From: the human T2T-CHM13v2.0 reference genome, Homo sapiens
DNA: 64,000 nt
Direction: 5' to 3' (one strand)
NCBI RefSeq assembly: GCF_009914755.1
Contig: NC_060928.1
In this document: in pieces, positions 1 to 12,007 of the stretch
Position numbering within the stretch: position 1 is the first letter of the stretch
Layout of the letters: each line of letters begins with the position of its first letter
Position numbers and translations under genes: made by a program
Notes under the pieces: model-generated
What the model was told of the DNA's origin: nothing
The model's database searches: none
Seen by the model: the letters and a program-made list of their open reading frames with translations, nothing else

Positions 1-1410
1 CTTCAAGGTTTGACTGGGTTAAGCCATGCTGTCTTTAAATATCATTTTCCTTGAGTTCCCCATTAAGCTTCTTGATGGCCTAGCCTTTACTAATTTCTAA
101 ATGATGCCTCCACTGTATATTATTTTTTACAATCCCTGAGAATGTGTTGCTCCTGGTTCTAATTGATTGTAGTTAGGCCCTTTGGCAAAGACCACTATTT
201 GAAATTTGGCCAGGCCCTCCATGGGGAGAACTTCTGTTCATGGAACAGTAGCAATTGGGAGGGAGGAAAGGAGATGAGTAGCGCATTCTCTATGTGCTAC
301 CCCACTGTGAGCAGGAGCTGTGCATATGCACATATGAGGAAGGGGTGCAGGTGAGCTTAAAACTAGCACCACACCTGGCTGCTATAAACATGGTTTGTGC
401 TGTGGTTTGAATGTCCCCATCAAAACTCATGTTGAAATTTAACTGCCATTGTAATGATATTGAGTTTGGACCTTTTAGAGGTGATGACATCATGAGGGCT
501 ATGTGCTCGTGAATGCATTATTGTGGTAGTGGGTTAGTGATTGCTTGACTGGATTTCTGATAAAAGGATAAGCTTGGGCCCATTTCTCTTCCTTTTGCAT
601 GCTGGCTTTTGTCTCTTGCTTCCATCATGGGATGACTCTCACCAGATGTCGGCACCATACCCTTGGACTTCCCAGCCTCCAGAACTGTGAGAAATAAATT
701 TATCTTCATTATAAATTACCCAGTCTGTGCATTCTGTCATAGCAGCAGACAATGGGCTAAAATACCAGTATGAATATTTTCCAGCCAGATGGTGGGATCT
801 GCTGGTGTTCACTGGCTGCTGCATCTACCTGAAATAGATTTTCTGTTCAAGGAAGTAAGGGAAGATACGAACTACCATGCAGCTGCCAAGCCCACTCTTT
901 CAGCTTTTCTGCTACGTAGTGCTGTGCAGAAAAAAGGTACTATGCTGTTTACCAGCTGTCTTGCCTGGCTCCTGCCTACATCGTGGGAGTTTGTGGTGGG
1001 GGTAGGATATTGTCTGTCTGCTGCTACTGATTTGATGTAGTCCTTCTACAGAATGAAGCTGTGGAAAAATAGGATGTTCTGATAGCTTCTGTCTTCTGAA
1101 ATCATCCAGAATAGCTCTTTCATCCTAGTGAAGTGATAGCAAAGCAGACTTCCACATGGCCCTGAGCCTGCTAAAACATATCTTCTACAAAGCAAAGCCA
1201 TGGGGAGATGGGAGGAATACCTATTAGAAAGCCGTAGCTTCTCAATGTTCTTGCCAAGATTTCATAGATTTTCTTAAATAAATGTTTCTCAATCTGCTGT
1301 AAGTCCTTTCAGCAATCTTCAAGTAATCTGAATGATTGGTTTTGCTTAAATTTCAGCAGCATAATGAATGATGTTTCTCTAAGCATCTTATACCAGCATT
1401 CTGGAAGTCC
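1..1410 (-). mobile_element. Old L1M LINE 5' region, interrupted by an MST LTR
   Basis: 1270-1410 (ttcttaaataaatgtttctcaat...ccagcattctggaagtcc) resembles the antisense 5' terminus of old L1M elements; heavily diverged, left boundary uncertain. Confidence 0.4.
398..764 (+). mobile_element. MST-family MaLR solo LTR (MSTB/MSTC-like)
   Basis: Starts tgctgtggtttgaatgtcccc...aaaactcatgttgaaattt; contains cttggacttcccagcctccagaactgtgagaaataaattt and ataaattacccagtctgtg; ends gggctaaaata. Confidence 0.85.
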
Positions 1411-1429
1411 TGCCTCCAAATTTTAATTG

Positions 1430-2135
1430 GGGAATAATAGTTCTGACATATTTTCAAAAGTTCTAGGCATGACTCCTGGAGAATAAATTAAAGGAAACAA
1501 AAGTAAAAAGAAGGGATTCCTGGTAGGAAAAGAGTGCCGCTGTCCCAGTGAGAGATATTTGTGTTAAAAGTTGAGTTGAAGAAAACTGGGTAAAATCCAC
1601 ACATACATTAAGGGCAAATTTGATAGAATTTGCTATAGGATTAAATTTCTACATCTAGTGTCCCTAGATGGGTTGAATTTAGGTAGGTGTGCATGATTTT
1701 GTCTTTAATAGATGGTTATGTGATTTAATAGCATGAAAGAAAAAGCAGACAAATAGGTTTCAGCAATTTAAAGCAATAATTCATTCTAGAATATACTACA
1801 CAGGGGTGCTTGTCAGATAAAACTCTTATGGACATAAATATTTTATGGAGATAAATAGGTGGCTGTGGAACTTAAAGGAAAGATGGAATTTATCAATAAA
1901 TGTGTAGTGCATACCAACACAGAGATACGTTCTAGAAAAAGCAAAAACAAAGAAACAAACAACAGGAAAAGAAACATGACTAGAGCTCTAGACATTTCTC
2001 TATGGAAAGGACAACTTTTAATGTTTGAATAATGGAGATGGTCAAGGAGTGGCCTCTGATATGAAGATAACTAAAAACTATTTAGTGGAGGAGAATGGAT
2101 TTCTGTCAATAGTTGTTGAATGAATGAGCTGAGTG
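1430..2135 (-). mobile_element. Degenerate L2 LINE fragments
   Basis: Purine-rich L2-like tract; L2-type 3' end motif (tcaatagttgttgaatgaatga) near 2105-2127 may be a separate + strand piece. Confidence 0.3.
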
Positions 2136-2740
2136 TGTAAAGAAGTGTGTCCATAACATAAGTATACCTCATCTCATTCTTGTTTCACAGATACTGCCAT
2201 TTTTCATAATTGAAAGTTTGTGGCAATCCAATGTTGACCAAGCCTGTTGGCATCACTTTTTCAACAGTATGTGCTGACTTCATGTCACTGAGTCACATTT
2301 TGGTAATTCTTGCAATGTTTCAGACTTTTTCATTATAATTATTCCTGTTATGGTGATCTGTGATAAGTGATTTTTGATGATACTATTGTAATTGTTTTGA
2401 AGTGCCACAAACCATACCCAATTAATACAGCAAGCTTAATTGATAAGCATGTGTGTTGTAAGTACTCACTCTACTCACTGGCTTTTCTCCATCTTTCTTC
2501 CTCTCCTTGCTCCTCCGTATTCCTTGAGACACAACAATATTGACATTAGACTAATTAATAATCCTACAATGGCCTCTAAGTATTCAAATGAAGCAAAGAG
2601 TCACAACTCTTACTTTAAATCTAAAGTGAGGAATGATTAAATTCAGTAAAAAGGCATGTTGAAAGCTAAAATAGTCCATTAGCTTGTCCTCTCTTGTATC
2701 AAACATCTAGCCAACTTGCGAATGCAAATAAAAAGTTATT

Positions 2741-3038
2741 CATTTAATTTTTTTTAGAAGCAAGATCTTGCTGTGTCACTCAGGCTTGAATGCAGTAGCA
2801 CCATCTTAGCTCACTATAAACCTTGGGCTCCTGGGCTCAAGTAATCCTCCTGCCTCAGCCTCTTTAGTAACTGAGACTACATGTACATGTCACCATGCCC
2901 AGCTAATGTTCTTTACTTTGTAGTGATGGGGTCTTGCTAAGTTGCCTAGGCTGGTCTCAAAATCCTGGTCTCAAGAGATCCTCTCACCTCAGCTTCCCAA
3001 AGTGCTAGGATTATAGATGTGAACCACCATGTTCAGCT
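2741..3038 (-). mobile_element. AluJ inserted in Tigger1
   Basis: Antisense Alu with J-type ctcctgggctcaagtaatcctcc; imperfect TSD aaaagttatt (2731-2740) / aacagttctt (3040-3049). Confidence 0.9.
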
Positions 3039-3548
3039 AAACAGTTCTTGAAGAAAATTAAAAGTATTACTCGAGGGAACACACAAATAATAAAATAAAA
3101 TAACATTATTTTAGATGTAGAGAAAATTTTAGTGATCTGGAAAGAAGATGAAACCAAGCCAGCCACAGCATTTCCTTAAACCAAAGCCTAATCCAGAGTA
3201 AGGTCTTAACTCTTTTAAATTCTATAATGTCTGAGAGTGGTGAAGAAACTGCAGAAGAAAAACTTGAAGCAATAGAAATTGTTTCAAGAGGTTTAAGGAA
3301 AGAAGTCATCATTATACCATAAAAATACAAAGTGAAGCAGCAAGAACTGATGTCAAGGCTTCAAGGCTGTAGCAAGTTACCTGGAAAATCTAGCTAAGAT
3401 AATTGATGAAGATAACTACACCAAACAACAGATGTCCAATGTAGATGAAACAACCTTATGTTGAAAGGAGATGCCATGTAAGACTTTCATAGCTAGAGAG
3501 AAGAACTCAATGCCTGGCTTCAAAGCTTCAAAGGAAAGGCTGGCTCTC

Positions 3549-3917
3549 TGTATTAGTCCATTTTCATACTGCTAATAAAGACATATGTGAGACTGGGTAA
3601 TTTATAAAGAAAAAGTGGTTGAATGAATGGATTCACAGTTCCACGTAGCTGGGGAGGCCACAGTCATGGTGTAAGTTGAAGGAGGAGCAAAGGCACATCT
3701 TACATGGCAGCAGGCAACAGACTGTGTGCAGGAAAACTGCCCTTTGTAAAACCACCAGATCTCGTGAGGCTTATTCACTACCATGAGAAGAGCAGGGGAT
3801 AAACCTGTACCCATGATTCAGTTACCTCCCACTGGGTCCCTCCTGTGACATGTGGGGATTATGCGAGCTATAATACAAAGATGAGATTTGGGTGGGGGCA
3901 TGCACCACACTACATTA
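3549..3917 (-). mobile_element. THE1B-like MaLR solo LTR inserted in Tigger1
   Basis: tgtattagtccattttcatactgctaataaagacata...gatgagatttgggtggg; 5-bp TSD CTCTC at 3544-3548 and 3918-3922. Confidence 0.92.
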
Positions 3918-4850
3918 CTCTCATTAGGAAATAATTCAATTAGTTCATTAAGCTGAAGCTGATGATCATTTAGCATTCTAAAAATCCTAGGGCCCTTAAT
4001 AATCATGTCATATCTACTCTGCTGCTTATGCTTCATAAGTATAACAACAAATTTTGGATGAGAGTACGTCTATTTACAGCATGGTTTATTGAACATTTTA
4101 AGCCCAATGTTGAGACCTACTGCTTGGAAAAAAAAAAGATTTCTTTCTAAATATTACTCTTAATTAAAAGTACACCTAATTACCCAAGAGCTCTGATATG
4201 GATGCACAGGGAGATTAATGTTGTTTTCATGCCTGTGAATAAAACATCCATTCTGCAGCTCAAGGATCAATGAGTAACTTTGACTTTCAAGTCTTATCAT
4301 TTAAGGAATACATTTTGTAAGGCTATTGATAGTGATTTCCCTGATGGATATAAGTAAATTAAATTGAAAAGCTTCTGGGAATGATTCACTACTCTAAATG
4401 CCACTAAGAGCATGCATGATTCATGAGAGGAGGTCAAAATGTCAACATCAACAGGAGTTTGGAAGAAGTTGTTTCCAACTCTTATGAATGACTTTAAAGG
4501 ATTCAAGACTTCAATATAGTAAGTAACTGCAGATGTGATGAGAACAGCAGGAGAACTAGCATTAGAAATTGAGCCAGAAGATGAGGCTTAATTGCTATAA
4601 CCTCATGATGAAACTTTAATGGATGAGGGGTCATTTTTTTATGGGTGAACACAAAACATAGTTCCTTAAGGTGAAATCTATTCCTGGTGAAGATGCTGGG
4701 AACATTGTTGAAATGACAACAAAAGATTTAGAACAATAAATAAACTTAGTTGATAAAGTAGTGGCAGGGTTTGAGAGAACTGATTGTAATTATGAAAAAA
4801 GTTCTGTGGGTAAAATATTATCAAACAGCATCACATGCTACAAATATTTT

Positions 4851-5334
4851 TTATTCGTTAAGCAAATATCAAGGTTTATTATAAAGCCAAAATTATTAAG
4901 CAAAAACGACTCCTTTGTCCATTGGCTTTCTATGAAGCTCTGCCAGTGAGAAGCACCAGGTGGAGACTAGAAAGAAGAAAGTAGACAATATCTTCTTTTC
5001 TCTTTCACATGTCCCGTAACAGTGACATCTCTGCAATGGCAGGGAACTGAAAGCAATTGCCAGTTGTGACACACCCATCAACAAGAGGTGGGCTCTCGGT
5101 ATCTTGCTCAACACCAGTATCAATTGTAGCAAAAGCCTTCAGTGGCTTCACTGATTGTGGACTGTAGGTTTCATCTAGGGTTGTTAGGCAGCTTCCTAAT
5201 CTTTGGGTAACAACTCTTTTTCATTTTGCTCCCCAAGAGACCCCCTTCTTCTTTCTTTCACTCCTCTCCTTCCAATGTTTCTAATAAATCATATAAATAT
5301 ATGCTCCATTGAAGAACTTGCAGTGATTTATACT
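4851..5334. other. Non-Tigger, non-L1 segment resembling an old ERVL LTR (LTR33/LTR41-like); probable L1 3' transduction
   Basis: Lies between the Tigger1 breakpoint and the L1 tail; motifs ctctgccagtgagaagcaccaggtggagactagaaag and gcagcttcctaatctttgggtaaca; minus-strand AATAAA at 4875-4880. Confidence 0.55.
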
Positions 5335-6377
5335 TTTCTTTTTAAAATTATTTTTAATTTTATTTATTGAAAGTTCATTAATTTTTTAAGTTTTAAGTTT
5401 AGGGGTATGTGCAGGTTTGTTCTATAGGTAAACTTGTGTCATGGGGGTTTGTTGTACAGATTATTTCATCACCCAGGTATTAAGCCTAGTACCCATTAGT
5501 TATTTTTCCTGATCCTCTCCTTCTTCCAACCCTCTGCCTGCCAATAGATCCCAGTGTGTATTGTTCCCCTCTGTGTGTCCATGTGTGTATGTCTCATCAT
5601 TTAGCTCCCATTTATAAGTGAGAACATGTGGTATTTGGTTTTCTATTCCTGCATTAGTTTGCTAAGAATAATGGCCTCAAATTGTATCCATGTCCCCACA
5701 AAGGACATTATGCCCTTTTTTATGGCCATATAATATTCCATCGTGTATATGTACCACATTTTCTTCATCCAGTCTATCACTGATGAGCATTTAGGTACAT
5801 TCCCTGTCTTTGCCATTGTGAATAGTGCCGCAATGAACATACACATGCATGTATCTTTATGATATAATGATTTATGTTCCTTTGGGTATATACCCAGTAA
5901 TAGGATTGCTTAGTAAAATGGAATTTCTGTTTTTAGGTCTTTGAGGAATTGCCACACTGGCTTCCATAATGATTGAACTACTTTACACTCGCCCTAACAA
6001 TGTATAAGTGTGCCCTTTTCTCCACAATCTCAGCAGCATCTGTTACTTTTTGACATTTTAATAATAGCCATTCTGACTGGTATGAGATAGTATCTTATTG
6101 TGGTTTTGATTTGCATTTCTCTAATGATCAGTGACAATGAGCTTTATTTTATATGATTGTTGGCCACACGTATGTTTTCTTTGAAAATGTCTTTTCATGT
6201 CTTTTGCCCACTTTTTAATGGGGTTGTTGGTGTTTTTCTTGTAAATTTGTTTAAGTTTCTTATAGATGCTGGATATTATACTTTTGTCAGATGCATAGTT
6301 TGCAAAAATGTTCTCCCCTTCTGTAGGCTGTCTGTTTACTCTGTTCTTAGTTTCCTTTGTTGTGCAAAAGTTCTTTT
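5335..6377 (-). mobile_element. 5'-truncated L1PA (L1PA13-16-like): 3' UTR and ORF2 C-terminus
   Basis: T-rich tail, then ggggtatgtgcaggtttgttctataggtaaacttgtgtcatggggg; ORF 5643-5846 (MFIAALFTMAK...WMKKMWYIYTMEYY) is the L1 ORF2p C-terminus. Confidence 0.93.
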
Positions 6378-6658
6378 GAATCTTTTATGAAAAGAAGAGT
6401 CCACTGATGTGGCAAACTTCATCATTTTCTTATTTCAAGAAATTGTCACAGCCATCCTAACTCTCAGCAACCATTATCCTGATCATTCATCAGCCATCAA
6501 CTTTGAGGCAAAACCTGCTGCATCTCAGCTGCAGCATGTTTTTAATATTTTGAAACCCAGCTACAAAGGATTTTGGAAAGTATTTTATAGATGAGATTAA
6601 AGAAATTGCAGAGCAAATTGAAGGATTTAAGGAGTAAGCTTTTGCTATATTTTGTTGG

Positions 6659-6998
6659 TGTTATGGGCTGAATTTTATTTCCCCAAATTAATATGTTGAC
6701 ATCTTGATCTTCAGTACCTCAGAATATAGACATATTTGGTGGTAAGGTCTTTAAAGAGGTGATTAAATTAAAATGAGGCCACTAGGGTGGGGCCCTAATT
6801 CACTTTTATTTATGTCCTTATAAAAAGAGAAAAAGACTTCAGGAGGGTAGCCACCTGCAAGCCAAGGAGAGAAATCAAGCCTCAGAGCAAGCCAAGCCTC
6901 CTGGACTCCCAGCCCCCATAACTAGAAGAAATAGACATGTGCTTCTTAAGACACTCAGCCTGTGGTATTTTGCTATGGAAGCCCTAGCAAACTAATAT
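6659..6998 (+). mobile_element. MLT1B-like MaLR solo LTR
   Basis: Starts tgttatgggctgaatt, contains cagtacctcagaat and ggtctttaaagaggtgattaa, ends gccctagcaaactaatat. Confidence 0.85.
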
Positions 6999-8833
6999 GG
7001 TTTGTTTGTTTATTCTGGTTGGATGTTTTACTGCATATGACACCATCAAAGTTTTGCACGTGCCAAAAACAAAAGGACTTAATATTTGCTTCATCTGACA
7101 AGAAATTATTCGTACGACAATAAATTATTTATATCTTTCTTATGTATCATCAACAAATATGCTTCTTTTCAGGGCATGTCTCTAAACCTGCAGACTGAGA
7201 AAACTGTATCAAATAAATAGCTATATTTGACAAATCCTTAATTCCCCATGGATTAATTCTACAGGGTTATGCCCAAAACATATTCTGTAGTGGATTCAGA
7301 CATAAAAACTATTTCAGTTTTAGGGATTTGATAAAATGCACAGCTTCACATTCATTTTTAATTTTTCCTAGATATGAATTAATGAAAAGCAGAATTATTG
7401 GTAAAACATGGAGATATTTGTAAACTATTTAGTTATTTGTGCAGCTATATGGATACATTTGACTTCCACTCTTAGTATAGATAGTTTTATTTTTAAAAAG
7501 TAGTAGCCTTAGCCAGTAGGTATTGCTATATGGGGCAGAAGCAGTTACAATAATGGAATATTCTTCGTAAGTAATTTCCTTATCTGATTGTCGTTTGCTT
7601 AGGTGTGCTGAATTTCACTTTCTTTTATAGGAGTCATAGTCAGAGTGGTTAATTATTTATAATTTCCCTCTGAAAAATTGTGATTAAGTCATTTTATCTA
7701 ACTTCATTCCTAAAGAGGCCAATATACGATTAATTGTGTTCAGTGATGGATAAATCCATTTTGTTTTCCTTTGAGCCCTATCAACTCAGTGGCTGAAATT
7801 AAAATGAACCAGAACGTCACTTGGAGAATGTGAAACATAGATTTAAATTTTCCCTTCATATGAAAATGTGAGTTGAAATACGATTATTGTGGTATAAATC
7901 AAATAATATGCTTTGTAATTATGAGATTTCATTGTGGCTGGTTTGTGTATGTTTCCCCAACCCAAAGAGATTATTGAGTTCTCTAAAAATAAACTCTGGG
8001 ACAGTTATTCTAATGATGAGATAAATACTTTGAGATTCAATGTAGTTTGAAGAATGAACTGTCAGCCCAGTCCGAAAAAATGATAGGAAAGACGTGGTGT
8101 TCCAGTGCATAGAACCATTAGACAATGGTCCAAGTTAAGTGTAAGATCCAGAATTTCATTCAAGAAGAAGTGATTTGTGAATCAGCCATTACTGGTATTT
8201 AGTTTGACAGCACGGATTTGTTCACAGTGAGGTTCTCAGATAAGTTATTCACGCAACAAAGGAGGTAGGTTACCTAATAAGAGCCCAATGCATTCAAACT
8301 ATTCTATAAGGCAGACATACAGCAACTGGGGTACAAAATTAGAAGAAATGGGGAGGAGGTTGAACTTGGAGACTGTCTTAACAAGTGCACTGGAATGCCA
8401 TTGCTTAGGCTGAGAACAGGTTTCAAAATTTAAAGCTGTAAGGACACACACATTTAATAATTAGAGATATTCCCATTAATTGAGGATTAGTTCTAGAAGT
8501 AGAATGATGATTTACTTGACATAGACTACTTTAGCTAAATATAAAAATGGCATATCATGTCTTATCTAAATAAGACCTCATTCCTCTAATCTTGTCTCTA
8601 CAAGATGGGCACACTGTGTCTATTCTCTAGATGCCTTATTTGATTCAAGACGATACTCAGTAGGCTTTCATCTGGATTTTGATTATTCATTCCAAGGCAC
8701 AACTTAACAGTTTTGTTCAAAGTACTAAATACAGATGTATTTTTAAATTCCCTCTTCTTAAAGATTTAGTCTTTCAATGTGTGGCCTGAACTTATATTTA
8801 TAAATGATAGGAATTAAGATTTTTATTTTTTTA

Positions 8834-9154
<321 letters not shown>

Positions 9155-9631
9155 TTAGAGATAACTACACATAATGTTTATATTTTATTATTCATCCCCA
9201 ACTTGTAATGTCAAATAGATTCAAACAGCACATACATGACTAATCTGAGCAGAAAAGGTCCTTGGACAAGCCTCACAGTTTACTCTCACAAGTGGCATCA
9301 GATCTGCAATAGACTTCTGAAAACCATGAATGGAAGTCATTTAGAGAACACTCATTCATTGACATGTAAAATCTCCTCTGATAGTTGTCCTTTGACCCCC
9401 TTTCAACAAGAGGTAAAGGTTTTTCTATGTGTTTTCAATCCAACCTGGGCATGTGCCTTTATCATAGTGTCTCTCACACTGAAAAAAAACAAAAACAAAA
9501 AAAAAAGAGTGGTCTAGCTCCTTTCTCTTATCTTGTTAAATCATATTACTTAAAACGAAATCATTGGCATATGCCAGATGCTGAGGTTAGGTTATGAACA
9601 TCATTTCATATAGTATTGAAAATTCTATGAC

Positions 9632-9807
9632 ATGTATAGTATTATTAGAATTTTAATGACAGTATAAATGTTTAAACATATAAAATAATTTGTACAAGTT
9701 ATAGGGTTGTTTGTGAAAGATGTATACTATTATTAGATTTTTAATGACACTATAAATGTTTAAACATATAAAATAATTTGTACAAGTTATAGGGTTGTTT
9801 GTGAAAG
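9632..9807. repeat. Two-copy 88-bp tandem duplication
   Basis: 9632-9719 and 9720-9807 are identical except for 3 substitutions. Confidence 0.95.
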
Positions 9808-12007
9808 AGAACCGAGGAAGTCAGATATAGCCCTGAAATTCCTAGCCACTATGCTGCTTGCCTTCATGACAGGCAACACATTCAATATGTAAATTAAAAT
9901 GTTTGATAACTGCTTCATATATATTGAAGCATGAAGTAGGAATGAAGTAATGAATTGCATATTACAAGTAAGCCATATCATTAATGAGGGTCCATGCACT
10001 ACATATCACTGCTAATAATCAATAACTCTAAGTCCATTAAGTATTTAAAATATTTAAATCTCTACAAGATGAGAAATGTTAGATAATGTCTTGGGTGAAT
10101 TATATACCCAGTGTCAGGAGATTTACTTAAGCTGATCTTTTTCATCATGCAAACCTTAACTCACATTTCTGCTTCCTGTGAAGGCTTTTCCTAACCACAC
10201 AAGTTAAGTACCTGCTGTCACTCTTACTGGTTTCTAATATTTTCTATTTATTTACTTTTTATTTATTTTATTACTAATTAATTATGGTTACCTTTACAAA
10301 TATATAAAGCTTCATGATATTGAGACCAAGTCTATTGGATAACTCAAGACTTAAAATGGTGCCCATCATATTGTAGGTATTTAATAAATATCTATAAAAT
10401 GAATTAACTAAAATATAGAGTTTTTAAAATTAAATATTGCTAAAGTTATCTGTAATAGTGAACAGTATTATTAGTAATAATAGTAAAATTAGTAAAAATA
10501 GTAATGACTATTCATAATTTATTGAATGCTTATCCTATATAGGATTTGATATAGATTTGCTTAAAGATGGCTATTATTTCTACAATTATATAAAATCCTG
10601 TAAGCATTATTTCTCACATTTTGGAAAAAGAAAAAACAATTTTTAGAGAGCATAGTAGACTAGTACAAGGACACACAACCAATAAGAAGGTTATCTATGG
10701 TTTATACTTTATCCACCTTGTTACATTTCTATACTGTTTTCACTTGTTACACTAATGCATGCAGATTCATTTTCTTTATATATTTTATGTTTGCTGTATT
10801 TAAGTCCTCATCAGTTTCTCAGCAGTTGGTTCTGTTGCCCAATTTCATTGTTTAAGTCTTTTCTGGCCAAAGTGCTGTTATGAGTATAGAGAATTTTTTA
10901 TACATTTATTTGAGTGAAAGATAAGACCCATTACATAAGAATTAATGTAGGCTTTTTATACTGATTTTTGCAGTCATAACAGTAGTATGTTTTCTCTAGC
11001 ATATCACCTAGCCATGGGTGGGAATTCATTTAATGGATATTTAAATAAAGTCTGTTACTTTATTCAAATACACAGTGAGGATTTTAGTCATAAAGAAATT
11101 GGGAGGCCAGGCAGATGTGTGGTTTGTTCAATGGAACTGAATTTGAAGAACAATTAATATGATGTGGGATTGGATTGCCTACCTCCCTAAGGACAAAATA
11201 TGCCTGAAATTGCTCCTTCAAATGCGTCCTATAGGCACCATTCCGTGAGCGCACAGTGGGAGTGTCAGAGTGATTTGGGAACAAGAGCCAATCAAGAGTT
11301 CATGAAAAGCATTCTATGTATATATAAAATATATAACAAATTTGGACACAGTTTTAAAAGCTTTTTCGATATATTCAAGGACAAAAAATATTTGTTACTA
11401 TTCATTGACATCCTTGCCTCTAAATGGAAATTATTTCAGTCTATCACAGTTAGACTTATTTATCTTCTCCATTCATTTGAACGAAGTGTGTTAACTCTAC
11501 TGGGTGACAATTGCCTACCTGGCAAAAACATCATTATATTTATTTAATGTGTACAAGGTTGATTTACATGGAGCACGGTATTTTTAATGCACTAAAATCA
11601 GTTTTCTCTTTGTATCTTTGTGAGGAAGTAACAAATGCTACCTACCAGAATTACAGGTAATACAAAGCAATACCTGCTCCGTGATTCCATGAATACATTC
11701 ACAGCAGAAAAGTAACATTTATTTCTGAAAGATAAATAGAACATTTTAAATTTATTTAATGTTACTGGAATATTTTACATGGAATATTATTTTAATTCAC
11801 AATGCATAGAAAAATTAATTTATAAATAGCTCCATGTATTGCTCTTTAATGAGAGTAGGGACAGCCATATATGGTCTACAGATTTTAAGTGGAAGCATGG
11901 CTCACCTCCACAATTTCTTCCCCAGGTAAACACTTAGCTTTTTAGTTTGTAACTCTGCTTGAAGACTGTGATATTTACGAATCATGATTCTCTTTAGCCT
12001 AACTTAC

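Larger units (their letters stand above)
2159..6520 (+). mobile_element. Tigger1 DNA transposon (Tc1/mariner-pogo); decayed transposase, split by three insertions, right end truncated
   Basis: Left TIR remnant taagtatacctc; transposase start ATGGCCTCTAAG at 2569; colinear blocks 2159-2740, 3039-3548, 3918-4850 and 6379-6520 (e.g. caacagatgtccaatgtagatgaaac, atcagccatcaactttgaggcaa). Confidence 0.92.

Noticed and set aside
341-356. Isolated strong donor sites (CAG|GTGAGC at 350; also near 11656 and 52560)
   Set aside because: No convincing paired acceptor; single splice-site matches are expected by chance in 64 kb.
2569-4850. Possible domesticated Tigger transposase (TIGD-like gene)
   Set aside because: The frame is broken by stops, frameshifts and three TE insertions.
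5643-5846. ORF with real protein similarity
   Set aside because: It is the C-terminus of L1 ORF2p in a 5'-truncated dead copy, not a host gene.
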